63,628 bases of DNA, filler included, from Pirum gemmata (GCA_002812295.1; 19 parts of 19 records of this genome joined end to end with filler, not necessarily neighbours in it); one strand, 5' to 3'; shown: positions 39,446 through 54,727, counted from the first letter of the whole stretch. A program made the numbers and translations. The notes: generated by a model not told the origin, from the sequence alone.

Positions 39446-39610
39446 TTATATTTCACCATACATTTGGTTCCACTCTACTAGTTCGTTTAAAGATTCTTGG
39501 GGTACACTTGGTCTTATTCTCTTCATTGCTTTACTTAAATCATTAATTGAAATCCCCCTAACTTCATTTTCTCGAACATTGGCAATGGCAGCTCCAAGTT
39601 CTCGGATAGG
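39446..39610 (-). CDS. Last exon of a meiotic-clade AAA ATPase (spastin/fidgetin-like, Vps4_C region)
   Basis: CAG acceptor then PIRELGAAIANVRENEVRGISINDLSKAMKRIRPSVPQESLNELVEWNQMYGEI*; the PIRE...IRPSV...WN..(F/Y)G signature. Confidence 0.85.
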   Translation of the reverse strand, partial: PIRELGAAIANVRENEVRGISINDLSKAMKRIRPSVPQESLNELVEWNQMYGEI

Positions 39611-39911
39611 CTGTGGTTTTGTTTGTTAAAATTGTTAAAAAAGATTATCACCACCAACACCACCAACCACCCACCACCAACCACCCACCACCAACCAACA
39701 ACCAACNNNNNNNNNNNNNNNNNNNNNNNNNNNNNNNNNNNNNNNNNNNNTTAATTAATTAANNNNNNNNNNNNNNNNNNNNNNNNNNNNNNNNNNNNNN
39801 NNNNNNATTATTATTATCATTATTATTGTTATTATATTATTGTCATTATTATCATTAATATTATACATTACTATTATTATTATTAACAAATCCCAACATA
39901 ATGCCATGCAG

Positions 39912-41070
39912 GTTCTGATAGAGATTTTTTTGCCGTTGTAGCAAAAGGTGAATTAAGTTTAACTGTGGATGAACAAAAAATCAATCATTTTAAATTACAA
40001 AGAGAAGATATAATTTCAGAAGGTATATTTTCCACCCATAAATCAACAACGAAAAGTGAAGAAAAGCAAACAAATAGCCCTAATACCCATAATATAATCG
40101 CAGAAACAGAATGTGAGCTCTTATATATTAGTCGAAAAAATTTCGAAAGTTTTACAAAAAGAGCTAAGCTAGAAACAAAAGAAGGTTTTGGAACTTTAGT
40201 TCGTACTGATTTTTTAGAATCCACTTACAAATTACTGGGTGCCACGGAAACTTCAAATGACAACAGAAAATTATTATCTTCCTTGTTTCAATACAAACAA
40301 GTTAAAACGGATGAAATAGTTTATGAACAAGGAAAATTTGAACAAGCCTTATACGTTGTACTTAGTGGAGAAATAAATTTAAAAGCAAAAGAAGACCGAA
40401 AAGAAACGAAAATGTTACCTGGGGATTATTTTGGGGAGTTCTCATTACTAACTACAAATATACCGAGAATAACAACGGCAACTGCAACGCAAGATTCAGT
40501 TCTTCTTAGATTGGAAGGTATGCATTTTCTGATGTTTTTAAAACATTGCCCTGAATTACGAAAGAACTGGAAAAATTCTTGTTCCGGACACGTTAAAACT
40601 AGGGTTGCTGAACAACTGAAACAATTGCGAGCTCCATTTTTGATGGGGTTTTCTGAAGAGGATTATCAGTTGTTAGCCCAGTGGACTCACTTGGAACATT
40701 TTGCTGCTAATTATCCAGTAATTAAACAGGATACGGATTCTAACAAGTTTTATATGATAACGTATGGCGAGGTTGAAATAACCGTTGATGAAAAAATAGT
40801 GAATACAATGGGAAAAGGTATTTATCTATCTTAATTTGCTGTTAATATTGTTGTTGTTGTTGTTTCTTGTTATTGTTGGTTGTTATGTGATTATTGTAGG
40901 TTAGATTTTCAATTATAATATTATTGTTATCACTATTAAGCTCAAAGCAAAACAAAAAACACGAACGCATGCATACATATACACACATATACACACCCAT
41001 ACACACAAACACACACGTTTATATTACTTATTAATGGTTTTTTTTTCTTTTATCTTGGTTTTCTTTTTTT

Positions 41071-41120
<50 letters not shown>

Positions 41121-42392
41121 TTTGTAGGAGAATACTTTGGAGAAATAGGATTAGTCCAACAATGTAAACGAACTGCTTCGGTAAAAACAACACAACCTTG
41201 TATCATGCTTACATGTAATAAAAAAGATTTTCACGAATTATTCACTAAAATACCTAGCGTGGCTGCAGATTTTTGTGCTCGCTTAATCCCACACCAAATG
41301 ACGATAGAAAACGTAATATACCATCGAACCGCAGTAGATTATTTCATGTTACATTTGAAAAATGAATATAGCGCCGAAAATTTAGATTTTGTTTTAGATG
41401 TATTGGATTTTAAAACTAAAGGCCAGCCTAGTATACCTCATATTGTGGATAAATATATCAAAACCCAAGTAATCAATATTACAGAATTATGCAAAAACAA
41501 TACGCTAGCTAAATATCAGGAATTGTTAGAGAAAGGGGTAACGTTTTTAAATTTTGATGGCAGCTGTGATAATTTTCAGATAAACTCTTCAAGTAGTAGG
41601 TCATTGTTTATTGATTCTGATGATGCCGACGAATGTACAAGAATATTTGATGATGCCGTAAAAGAAATAATGAGACTTATGTCCACAGACAGTTTACAGC
41701 GTTTTAAACGAAGTGATTCTTTTAAAGATTTCTTGCAGTCATTATACCAATACACCAGAGTAAGTGGTTCGGTAATGAAAAGAGGAAATGATGCTAGTGA
41801 TGCGCGAGGTAGGATTTCCAATATTCTAGGTACTGACGTACGAGCGCGTGATTTTAAAAAACGTAGCCTTTCTCCATTGTCTAATCTTAAAGAAACCCCT
41901 AGTGATGGATGTAAAGCAAGTCCTAAGACATCCAAAGAAAAAGCAGGAGTAGAATCCCGTTCAAAAGACAAACTCAAAAGCTCCAAGGATAAAGTGAAAG
42001 GAGCCAACGAAAAATTGAATTCGTCAAATGAGAACATCAAAAGTTCCAGTTTAGAAAAAGAAACTGGATTATCAACAAGTAAGTCGAGTGAAAACTTTTT
42101 GGGTATTCGCTTCAAGAAATCGAAATCTAGTAACTCGCTTTTAAATGCCGATAATGATGCAAGCAAATTAAAACCGAAATCTGCAAAAGCCCACGACCAC
42201 CTTTCCCCACCCCCAAGTAACTCGTCACTGAATATATTACCTAAGAGAGCTGTAAGTGACAAACCACCACAACGATCACCATCACAAAGACTGAAAAGCA
42301 AATTGGTAACGAAAATGTCCTTTAGTAAATCAACACACCCTGCAAAACCTTTTTCTAGTGTTACTGAACATACCCAAGAAATTTCGGTGTGA
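39912..42392 (+). CDS. Tandem cyclic-nucleotide-binding domains fused to an RGS domain; exons 39912-40817 and 41128-42392; 5' end missing
   Basis: Phase-1 GT-AG splice gives MGKGEYFGEIGL. CNB motifs GDYFGEFSLL...PRITTATA and GEYFGEIGLV...RTASVKT plus a degenerate first CNB; RGS motifs F..HLKNEYSAENLDF, KYIK..VINI, IFDDA.KEI..LMSTDSLQRF; S/K-rich tail. Confidence 0.9.
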
Positions 42393-43091
42393 TTATTATT
42401 ATTATTTAAAAAAATTTTTAAAAAAAACTACCATATGAGCTCAAAAATCCGAAAAATCTCAAAATGATACAATTTTAATGAAAGTACTACCTACATTTGA
42501 GAAAACGCGTAATTAAAAAATTCTATTATGAACTAATGGCGAGTTTTTAAACATAATTTGGCTAGTAGAAAAGAAGCTTGAGTTTAAAAAAGTCTAGTTT
42601 TATCCGGTGGTTAAAAAAAAAAAAAGAAAGAAAAAAATAGAAACTGAAACAAAAAACTTTTACAAATGTTGACCATTTTTATTGTTTTTTTCAACAAAAA
42701 AAAAATATTGTTTTTATCATAATAATATTACAATATATAATAAAGTATAGCTGAGCTGAAAAATCTTGTTTTTGAAAACAGTTACCAATATATTTTAATA
42801 ATAACCTTTCAACAAATTTTTCATTGATATAACGAAAAGGTCTTTTTAAATTAAATAATTAGTAAACCAACGCACCCTGTAAAAGCTTTTTCTACTTTTC
42901 CTGAGCATACTAGTACTACTAGTACTACTACTACTACTACTACTATTACTACTACTACTACTACTTCTACTTCTACTACTACTACTACTACNNNNNNNNN
43001 NNNNNNNNNNNNNNNNNNNNNNNNNNNNNNNNNNNTTAATTAATTAANNNNNNNNNNNNNNNNNNNNNNNNNNNNNNNNNNNNNNNNNNNN

Positions 43092-43242
43092 TACTTATGG
43101 AACTCGATTTTTCGTTTCTGGCAACCCCTCGAAATTTTAATTAGTATTCCATATGTTTTACTTATGGAAATCGCAGGGCTCCGGAGAAATTTTCCGGTGG
43201 CAAGACCTCGACAAAAAGTTCCATACTCATCTCACCCCTACT
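43092..43242. mobile_element. End of a family A relative (same TIR, different interior)
   Basis: ATCTCACCCCTACT at 43229-43242 with subterminal AAAAAGTTCCA; interior unlike family A. Confidence 0.65.
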
Positions 43243-43669
43243 GTTTTTTTCCTTCTTGTTTTTCTTTCCTTTTTTGTTCATTTTTTTTCATTCTCCCAAC
43301 CGAAAACTCGAATTTCTTCTGTCAAAAAACCCAAAAATTTAGGTCCGTTTGAAAAATATTTTTTTTTTCGTATTTTTCAGGTTTTTTAATAAATAAATAT
43401 ATTTGAATACTTAATTGAAAGATTAAACATTTCGAACTTATTAATTAATATGTAGACTCGAAAGCTCGATTTTTAAGCAGAGCAGAATTGGGAGAAGCTT
43501 GAAACAAAGGATATTATTAATTGGGTTAAAAAAAATCTAGAAATTATTTTTATAGTCAAGAATTCGTAGTTGATTCGCTCTTCTTTGATAATTTAGTTAT
43601 CACAGAAAAGTGCATCATTTGGTATCATATATATGTTTATTTCAGTTTTAGTGAAGTGATAAATTTTAG

Positions 43670-44102
43670 TTATACAGTTTGTAGTTGTAAAATCAATATC
43701 CTCGTTATCTTTTCGACCGTATTAATCTTCACAACTCTTATTCCAAGTATCACAAGTTTTTGTAACACAAACTTTTGGGGTTTCACAACAAGTGTGTTAT
43801 TAATACAAGCTTTTCCAGAACATTTAATTTCTTCAAAGTCGATATTCTTCTTGTTAGCTAACTTATGTGGTTCACAACTACTATTCCATGAAGAACAAGC
43901 ACATGAATCTGATACGTTTTTGTAACAAAAACTTTTGAGTTTTGGCAACAAGTGTGTTATTAATACAAGCTTTTCCAGAACATTTAATTTCTTCAAAATC
44001 GATATTCTTCTTGTTAGCTAAACTTATAAGCTTCACGACTACTATTCCATGAAGAACAAGTACATGAATCTGATACACTCTGATACCTGTTTTACATAAC
44101 AT
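43670..44102 (-). pseudogene. Frameshifted Cys-rich repeat coding fragment (two ~160-nt units)
   Basis: LANKKNIDFEEIKCSGKACINNTLV appears in two different frames; DSCACSSWNSSCEP. Confidence 0.4.
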
Positions 44103-45695
44103 TTTTGTTTGTATTGTTTGTCATTATTGCACGTTATGTTATTCACAACTGCTTTCCCAAGTATCCCAAGTTTGTTCTTGGGGAGGAGGAGGAGTTATGT
44201 TTGCAAGTGGGGTTTTTTTTTGGGGGGGGGGGTTCTTGTTTTCTTCCCCTTTTTTGTGTGTATTCAATTTTTTTCATTCACCTGTTTTCTTTTTAGTATT
44301 TTCGAGGTATTTTACTGGTGAACTTGAAAGAAAGGATGCCATTAATTTGTTAAGCAGCTATCTAGTAATTGTTGTTATAGTCAAGAATTCGTAGTCGATT
44401 CGCTCTTCTTTTCTAAATTTGTTATAATAGACATACCAGACTCCAGAGTCCAGAGTACCAGGATAACCACTATAACGTAACGCCAATTTCCCGTCAAATA
44501 CAGCTTCAAATACCCCTTCAAATACCCCTATCTACCTACCCCTCGACGTTAATTTCCGGTCAAATACCACCTACCTACCTACCCCTTAACGTGACGTATT
44601 ATTTGAATCGAAAAACTATCGGTGGTAAAAGAAATCAGCTACTTCATCGCGATGAAATCATTGGTTAAAAAAGTATCAAAAAAAAAAAACTATCAGATAA
44701 CCTCTAAGGGAATAAAAGGGATTGCTCTAATAATACATCACGTGACTCACGTCAAGGGGTAGGTTAGGTAGGTGGTATTTGACCGGAAATTATCGACGAG
44801 GGGTAGGTAGGTAGGGGTATTTGAAGCTGTATTTGACTGGAAATTGGTGTTACGCACTGCCAATTCTGCTTTGTTTTTAAAAAAATCGAGTTTTCGAGCC
44901 TATGCATTAATTAAAAAAAGTTCGAAAATTTTAAGCTTAGAGTTAAGTATTCAAGTATATTTATTTATTTATAAACCCGAAAAAATGGAAAAACGAACAG
45001 AGCTGAATTTTGGCTTTTTTTTTCGACAGCAGAAATTCGAATTTTACGGGCTCGAGCTACCCTCTATATGTGAATATGATTGGTCAAAGTTTATGTTTTT
45101 TTTTTTTTTTTTTTTTTTTCCAACATCCAAGCGAGCAAGCCAAATAAAAATTGCGACATCCGCCTTAGCCTAGCCATGAGCTCAAAAATCCAAAAATTCT
45201 CAAAATGATCCAATATAAATAAAAGTACTACCAAATTAAAAGAAATATTATAACTAATAAAATTCTATTATGAACCAATGGCCAGTTTTTAAAAACAATT
45301 TGGCAAGTTTTAGGGCATAAAAGGTTTTTAGAAAAGAAGTCTAAAAAAATGATTTCTACAGTTAAAAAAAAAAATGTGTACTTTATCCGATGATACTATT
45401 GGTCTAGACTACACTTCTCCCCAATTCTGCTTTATTTTTTTTAAAAAAAAAAGTCGAGTTTTCGAGCCTACGCATTAATTAAAAAGTTCGAAAATTTTAA
45501 GCTAACAGTTAAGTATTCGAGTATATTTATTTATTTATAAAACCGAAAAAATGGAAAAAATAATTTTCAAACAGGGCTGAATTTCGGCTTTTTTTTTGGC
45601 AGCAGAAATTCGAGCTTTCGGGCTCGAGCATCTCCTCACACAAGAAAATTGCTTGACTATATTTAGACTTTAATACATTTTGGCATGCAGATTGG

Positions 45696-45801
<106 letters not shown>

Positions 45802-45913
45802 NNNNNNNNNNNNNNNNNNNNNNNNNNNNNNNNNNNNNNNNNNNNNNNNNNNNNNNNNNNNNNNNNNNNNNNNNNNNNNNNNNNNNNNNNNNNNNNNNNN
45901 NNNNNNNNNNNNN

Positions 45914-45972
<59 letters not shown>

Positions 45973-46063
45973 ATGTTGATGTTGATGTTGATGTTGATGT
46001 TGATGTTGATGTTGATGTTGATGTTCTTGTTGTTGTTGATGTTGATGTTGATGTTGTTGTTGA

Positions 46064-46094
<31 letters not shown>

Positions 46095-46492
46095 TATAAT
46101 GGTGAGTATAACCATGATTTCTAAGTATTTCTAGATAATTTAAAACCAATCAAACACCTTTTCTCTAAATTAGCGAGTCAAATACTTCAAAAAAATTATA
46201 CTGACAGAAAAAAAGACTGAAAAAGTTAAAAAAAAGCTTACTTTTCGAAAAAGAAAAAACAATAGGCACTGTCTATTAGACATATAATAATAATAATAAT
46301 AATANNNNNNNNNNNNNNNNNNNNNNNNNNNNNNNNNNNNNNNNNNNNTTAATTAATTAANNNNNNNNNNNNNNNNNNNNNNNNNNNNNNNNNNNNNNNN
46401 NNNNATTATTATTATTATTATTGATTCAATCCAATAAACCCTATAATAATGTACATTTTTCGTAATCGTGAACTCTTTACAATATTTAATAG

Positions 46493-46903
46493 GTTAAACA
46501 ATGTCCACCTTTAACAAATGGGGCTTCGTATTATGATTACGCTGTGAGTAAAGGCTCGCAAGTTCTACACGCGCATTATTTAAATACAATTTTTTCAAAA
46601 GAAAATGAAGAAAATAGTAACCATAATCGTAAAGCCTTTGCTGTTGAGCCGGGTCTTGTCCAAACTAATATAATGCGTGAGTCATCTAGTATTGTACGCT
46701 TTTTAAATTATATGTTGTTGTTTATGTTTGTTAGAGATGTCGATCAAGGTGTCGCTAATACTTTATATTGTTTAAGTTCGGAAATGCTTGTTGGTGGCTT
46801 TTATGGAGAGTGCGCGCTTGTTAATAGCACTGCGGGTGATGGCGGTGAAGCTGAACAGCTTTACAAAATATTTCGGTCATGTTGGAATATAAAAAAAAAT
46901 TGA
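46493..46903 (+). CDS. Last exon of a short-chain dehydrogenase/reductase (RDH/WWOX-like)
   Basis: TAG acceptor; catalytic YAVSK (YxxxK), AVEPGLVQTNI, DQGVANTLY, GGFY; TGA stop. Confidence 0.85.
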   Translation, partial: VKQCPPLTNGASYYDYAVSKGSQVLHAHYLNTIFSKENEENSNHNRKAFAVEPGLVQTNIMRESSSIVRFLNYMLLFMFVRDVDQGVANTLYCLSSEMLVGGFYGECALVNSTAGDGGEAEQLYKIFRSCWNIKKN

Positions 46904-46981
46904 AAATTTGGTTAGGTGTGGTTTAGGTTAGGGTTACGATCAGGATCAAGGTGGAGAGAGTCGTTAACTTTTTTTGTTGCC

Positions 46982-47168
46982 TGTGGTTTGTGGTTTGTGG
47001 ACAAATTTTCGAGCTCAAATTTGTGGTTACAAATTTTCGAGCTCAAATTTGTGGTTTGTGGCTTGTGGTTTGTGGTTTGTTTGTTGTTTGTTGTTTGTTG
47101 TTTGTGGTTTGTGGTTTGTGGTTTGTGGTTTGTGGTTTATGACAACTTTGTGGTTTGTGGTTTGTGGG
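46982..47168. repeat. (TTTGTGG)n heptamer array
   Basis: Direct reading. Confidence 0.85.
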
Positions 47169-47529
47169 CTGTTGGGTTGTGATTTTGAACAAACATTAAA
47201 TGTTTAATAGATTTGAAATTGTTTTTTTAGCTAAAATATCTTGCCTGCATATGTGTGGTTGTGATTTTGAACACACATTAAATGTTTGATAGATTTGAAA
47301 TTGTTTTTTTAGCTAAAATAACTTACCTGTATGTATGCCCGATACGTAGTCTATGGTAGTCTATGATGCTATTATGCTCTAGCTAGTACTATTATAATGT
47401 TCCTGCATGTTTGTATTCTGTTAATTTTCCCGACACATAGTCTATAAAACTATCATGAAAGGTATAATAGCTGCAAATGTTTTCTTGTCTGCATGTGTGT
47501 ACACTGTACACTGTTAATTTCCCCGATAC

Positions 47530-47711
47530 TTTTTTTTTTTTTTTGATTCACAGGTGGGGAAATTAGAAACCCTCTACTGGTTGTTATTTGGGGCAACGAT
47601 TTGGACTCTATGTTGTATTTATAGATAGTTTATAGACGGTCTTCGTCTTGGTCAGGGAGATTCGAACCCAATACCTCCGGGTCGAGGTTGTTAACCAAAT
47701 AACCACTGCTG
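47530..47711 (-). mobile_element. tRNA-derived SINE with A15 tail and CCCGATAC TSD
   Basis: Minus strand: A-box-like TGGTTATTTGG, B box GGTTCGAATC (47659-47668), unique body, poly(A) (T15 at 47530-47544); CCCGATAC at 47522-47529 and 47712-47719. Confidence 0.85.
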
Positions 47712-48458
47712 CCCGATACATAGTCTATGATACTATCATGAAAGGTGTAATAGCTGAAAATGTTTTCTTTGAAAATTGAAAAAATAATATGAAAAATGTA
47801 CTACACTAATAATGTCACGGTCTATCGGAAAATTTAGTTGAAATTATGTTTATGCTTTTTTTTATTGTATAGTGACCTCTGTACTTTCTTGTAATTAAAA
47901 ATCATCTTTTTCTAATTCGTTTTCAGTATTTTCGATGATATTTTAATGTTCAGATTCACTCAACAATTTCATACAAATTTCGGAATCGGTATGAATTTGA
48001 TTTATTAACATTTTTAATTGTTCAAATTTATTAAAGTTGATATGATTCATTATTTGTTATAAACAAATATATTTTTTATTTATAATATTATAGATATTTT
48101 TTATTTATTATAAATATATTTTTTTTAACTCACTCCTATCTTGAATACATCATGTCATTGTCCTCCATTTGAATTACAATTTTTTTTAAAACATAGTTTT
48201 TTTAAGTTTTAAGTGTTATTATAAAATAATAATAATAATAATATCATTATTTAAAAGATAAAAATTAATTTAAAAGGAAGTATGTTGGCCCTTTTTTTTT
48301 AATAAATTGTATTAATTAATATACCTTCTGTAATAAAATAGTTGATATTATTTATTTTTCACCTACCATTGTAAAACTGAATAGACGTTCATATGAATTA
48401 CGCTTTTACCTTAAAAGAGTTGAATACAAAATAAAAATTAATGTAAAAAGGGTCTGCA

Positions 48459-48576
48459 AGACACTATGCGATTAAAAAGTGATAAATGTGCGATTTCTGG
48501 ACTTTTGAAATTCAGCAACTGAATTTCTAAAGTCCAGAATTCGCACATTTATCACTTTTTATCGCATTAAGTGTCT
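48459..48576. repeat. Near-perfect hairpin, ~57-bp arms, CAA loop
   Basis: AGACACTATGCGATTAAAAAGTGATAAATGTGCGATTTCTGGACTTTTGAAATTCAG-CAA-CTGAATTTCTAAAGTCCAGAATTCGCACATTTATCACTTTTTATCGCATTAAGTGTCT. Confidence 0.85.
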
Positions 48577-49789
48577 ATATAAAGTCATTGTGGACAGCAA
48601 CCAGCAACAACCAACAACAACCAACAACAACCAACAACAACCAACAACAACCAACAGCAACCAACATCAACCAACAACAACCAACAACACAACCAACCAA
48701 CAACAACCAACAACAACCAACAACCAACACGAACCAACAACAAACGACAACCACCAACAACACCTTGTAGACATATAATACCGGGTATGAAAAATGCACT
48801 ACAGTGATCACTGTTATCGTCTATTACCTATAGCTATGTCTCTTTGTTCAAATCACTTTTGGTCATAATTTTAAAGTTCATTTTAATAATTAACTACTGC
48901 CTAAAACATTTTAAGTCACACTTTCGAGCAATGACTTCTATCAAAGAATAAATGACATCCTTTATGAATATTCCCCTACTAGTATATAGAGTTATCCTTT
49001 CAATCTTTAAGTTGATGCTGTTTTAGCAATAATAATAATGATAATAATAATAATTTTTATTACTATTAATATTAAGCAACGAAAATTTTTAATTAATAAT
49101 AATAATACCATTGAAAAATACTTTTAGTTAAACTTATTTGTAAAATACAACATTAAGTATAAAATACAACATTTTAAAAGTATAAAATACCAAAATAATT
49201 AAAATAATATGTCTGATAATTTAACCATAAGAGCCCATAGTAATGATTTGGTATTAATACGTTTATTTAAGTTTTTGTACTGGTCAACATTTTATAAACA
49301 CTTATGCCCGGATCTATTGGAAAATGTTATGTTGATTTTTTTATTGTATATATACTACTACGATAGTAGTATCGTATTAATAATGACTATTCAAATAACC
49401 ACCTGAAAAGAATTATTCATTCTATTATTCATCGTTAAAGAGTGTTAAAGTCTAGTTGTAGCTAGGTTTTAGCTGTCTAGTGTTAATTAAGGGACCACGT
49501 GAAAGAGTGAAAACAGGGAAAATGATAAAATGACATTTTTATTTCATTTTTATTTCATTTTTGATTAGTTTTTGATTAGTTTATTTAAAAAAAATTTCCT
49601 AGCAGAATCACCANNNNNNNNNNNNNNNNNNNNNNNNNNNNNNNNNNNNNNNNNNNNTTAATTAATTAANNNNNNNNNNNNNNNNNNNNNNNNNNNNNNN
49701 NNNNNNNNNNNNNATAAAATAAAATAAAATAAAATAAAATAAAATAAAATAAAATAAAATGAACAAAATAAATAAATACATATACTTAC

Positions 49790-49953
49790 TTCAATCAGAT
49801 TTTTATGTTCACTTAAAGTTTTTACTGCAGGCTTTGTTAGTAGTACGTGCAAACCACGATTGATGGCGTACAATGCAATTTCATAATGAGTATCATCAGG
49901 TGTAAAAATTGTACAAAAATCTCCTTTTTTCAATGTATCCAATGCACTTTTAT
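49790..49953 (-). CDS. Internal exon of a Gfo/Idh/MocA NAD(P)-dependent oxidoreductase
   Basis: TTTAG acceptor, GTAAGT donor; KSALDTLKKGDFCTIFTPDDTHYEIALYAINRGLHVLLTKPAVKTL (TP..TH...A...G.HVL.xKP motif, TKP variant). Confidence 0.85.
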
Positions 49954-49959
49954 CTAAAT

Positions 49960-52635
<2,676 letters not shown>

Positions 52636-52924
52636 NNNNNNNNNNNNNNNNNNNNNNNNNNNNNNNNNNNNNNNNNNNNTTAATTAATTAANNNNNNNNN
52701 NNNNNNNNNNNNNNNNNNNNNNNNNNNNNNNNNNNCCAAACCCAAACCCAAACCCAAACCCAAACTCAAAACCCAAAACCAAAAACCAAAAACCAAAAAC
52801 CAAATAATAATAATAATAATCAATAATCAATAAAAATCAAAAATTAAAATATTAATGTTTCAATAATCATTTTAATAATATTATATATAATTATAATAAT
52901 AATATTTAATAATATCAATTAATT

Positions 52925-53608
52925 ATGTTTGCATTAACGAAATGTTTTAGTGATATGAACATGTTTGAAGACAAAAAATGTAATGAAGCAAAGAAATTAT
53001 TTTTTTCATTAGAGGTCATACCCAAAAAGATTATAGAAAAAAATGTTTATTATTCTACCCCTAAACCTGTTAAAGGGGTAAGTTTTGAACCAAAAGTTTA
53101 CGTTGCTACTACTTACTCTCCCAATGAATACCCTGATAGAAAGGGGGTACAAACCAATCCTGAAAATTTAACTGCACAGGAAATAAGAACAGAATTAGAC
53201 AGATATAAAATAACAGAAATGCCAGTACATGCAAAAAGTCGTCACCGCACATTAATTTACAAACTGCAAGCTTTAAGAAAAAAAAACTATAACCTAAAAA
53301 AACAAAAATTTTTAAAACGACAAAGTATTAAAAATCAAGAGTATTGTGAGCAAATTGTAGAATATTGTCGCTTATTATTTGCAGGAAAGATAAAAAATGA
53401 GTCATTGTTAGAGTATTTGATTACGTATGAGGATTGTGATATGGATTATAACTTACTTCCAATTAAATACCCAATTGTAATGGGTCCAGAACTTTATTTT
53501 GCTTTTACTTTAGAATCAAAATATATGACCAATACATCCTCATTGTCATCAACACCATATACTAAAACTATGTTTTTAGAGTCAAAATCACCTTTGGATG
53601 TAAATTAA
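52925..53608 (+). CDS. Intronless protein with a Phactr/Bni4-type PP1-binding domain
   Basis: KGVSF (RVxF-like), TYSPNEYPDRK, LTAQEIRTELDRYKITEMPVHAKSRHRT match the Phactr/Bni4 consensus EYDR...LT...I..ELN.FK..EM.VH..SR..T. Confidence 0.75.
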   Translation: MFALTKCFSDMNMFEDKKCNEAKKLFFSLEVIPKKIIEKNVYYSTPKPVKGVSFEPKVYVATTYSPNEYPDRKGVQTNPENLTAQEIRTELDRYKITEMPVHAKSRHRTLIYKLQALRKKNYNLKKQKFLKRQSIKNQEYCEQIVEYCRLLFAGKIKNESLLEYLITYEDCDMDYNLLPIKYPIVMGPELYFAFTLESKYMTNTSSLSSTPYTKTMFLESKSPLDVN

Positions 53609-54140
53609 ATAATACAATATAATATTAATATAATACAATATTATAAAATAAAATAAAATAAAATAAAATAAATGAAATGAAATGAAATGAAAGGAAATGA
53701 AATGAAATGAAGTACAATAAAATACAATAAAATACAATACAACACCATACACTGAAACTATATGTTTTTAGAGTCAAAATCACCTTTAGATATAAATTGA
53801 TTAACACAATATAATATTAATACATTATTTTAAAATAAAATAAAATAAAATAAAGTACAACACCATACACTGAAACTATGTTTTTAGAGACAAAATCACC
53901 TTTTGATGTATAAATTGATTGATACAATATAATATTAATACAATATTATAAAATAAAATAAAATAAATAAAATAAAATAAAATGAAATGGAATGAAATGA
54001 AATAAAATGAAATAAAATACAATACAATACAATACAATACAATACAATACAACACCATACACTACTGAAACTATGTTTTTAGAGACAAAATCACCTTTTG
54101 ATGTAAATTGATTAATACAATATAATATTAATACAATTTT
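53565..54140 (+). repeat. Four tandem copies of the ORF 3' end separated by pentamer microsatellites
   Basis: AAACTATGTTTTTAGAG(T/A)CAAAATCACCTTT.GAT.TAAATT at ~53565, 53755, 53873 and 54068. Confidence 0.8.
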
Positions 54141-54543
54141 ACAAAAAAAAATAAAATAAAATAAAATAAATAAAATAAAAAAAATAAAAAAATAAAAAAA
54201 AATAAAATGAAATAAAATAAAAATAAAATCAAATAAAATAAAATACAATACAATACAATACAATACAATACAATACAATACAATACAATACAATAAGATA
54301 AAATAAACTAATAAAATTTAAAAGTAATTATATTGATTTTAATAAATTAATAATGCACAATTATAATTGTATTGTTAAATTTTTCCTACGTTATCATATT
54401 GTTATTAAAAAATCCCTTTTTGATGTAAGTTAATAGGAGGGATGACACTTCAATTAACAATGTACCGCTAGTGATTGTCACCCTCCTAATACATTGTAAT
54501 TTTTTCAAAGTCACTAATTTCTTCTATGTTTCGTTAGTAGTTA

Positions 54544-54727
54544 TAGTGCTTTTCATTTATTTGTCACTGCGAATATTTATTTGGAGGGTTATAATATTTA
54601 AATTGACATTTTTAAATCATTAAATAGATAATAAAATATACCTGATTAAATTAAATGGATTTATATTGTATTAATTTGGTGCTATTTATTGTATATTTTA
54701 TGATGATAAAACAACTGAAAAGCATTA
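54544..54727 (+). mobile_element. MITE family C, TA-flanked
   Basis: TA|TAGTGCTTTTCA...TGAAAAGCATTA|TA. Confidence 0.8.

Noticed and set aside
47645..47714. Functional tRNA gene
   Set aside because: T stem and anticodon arm do not pair properly; the poly(A) tail and TSD indicate a SINE.
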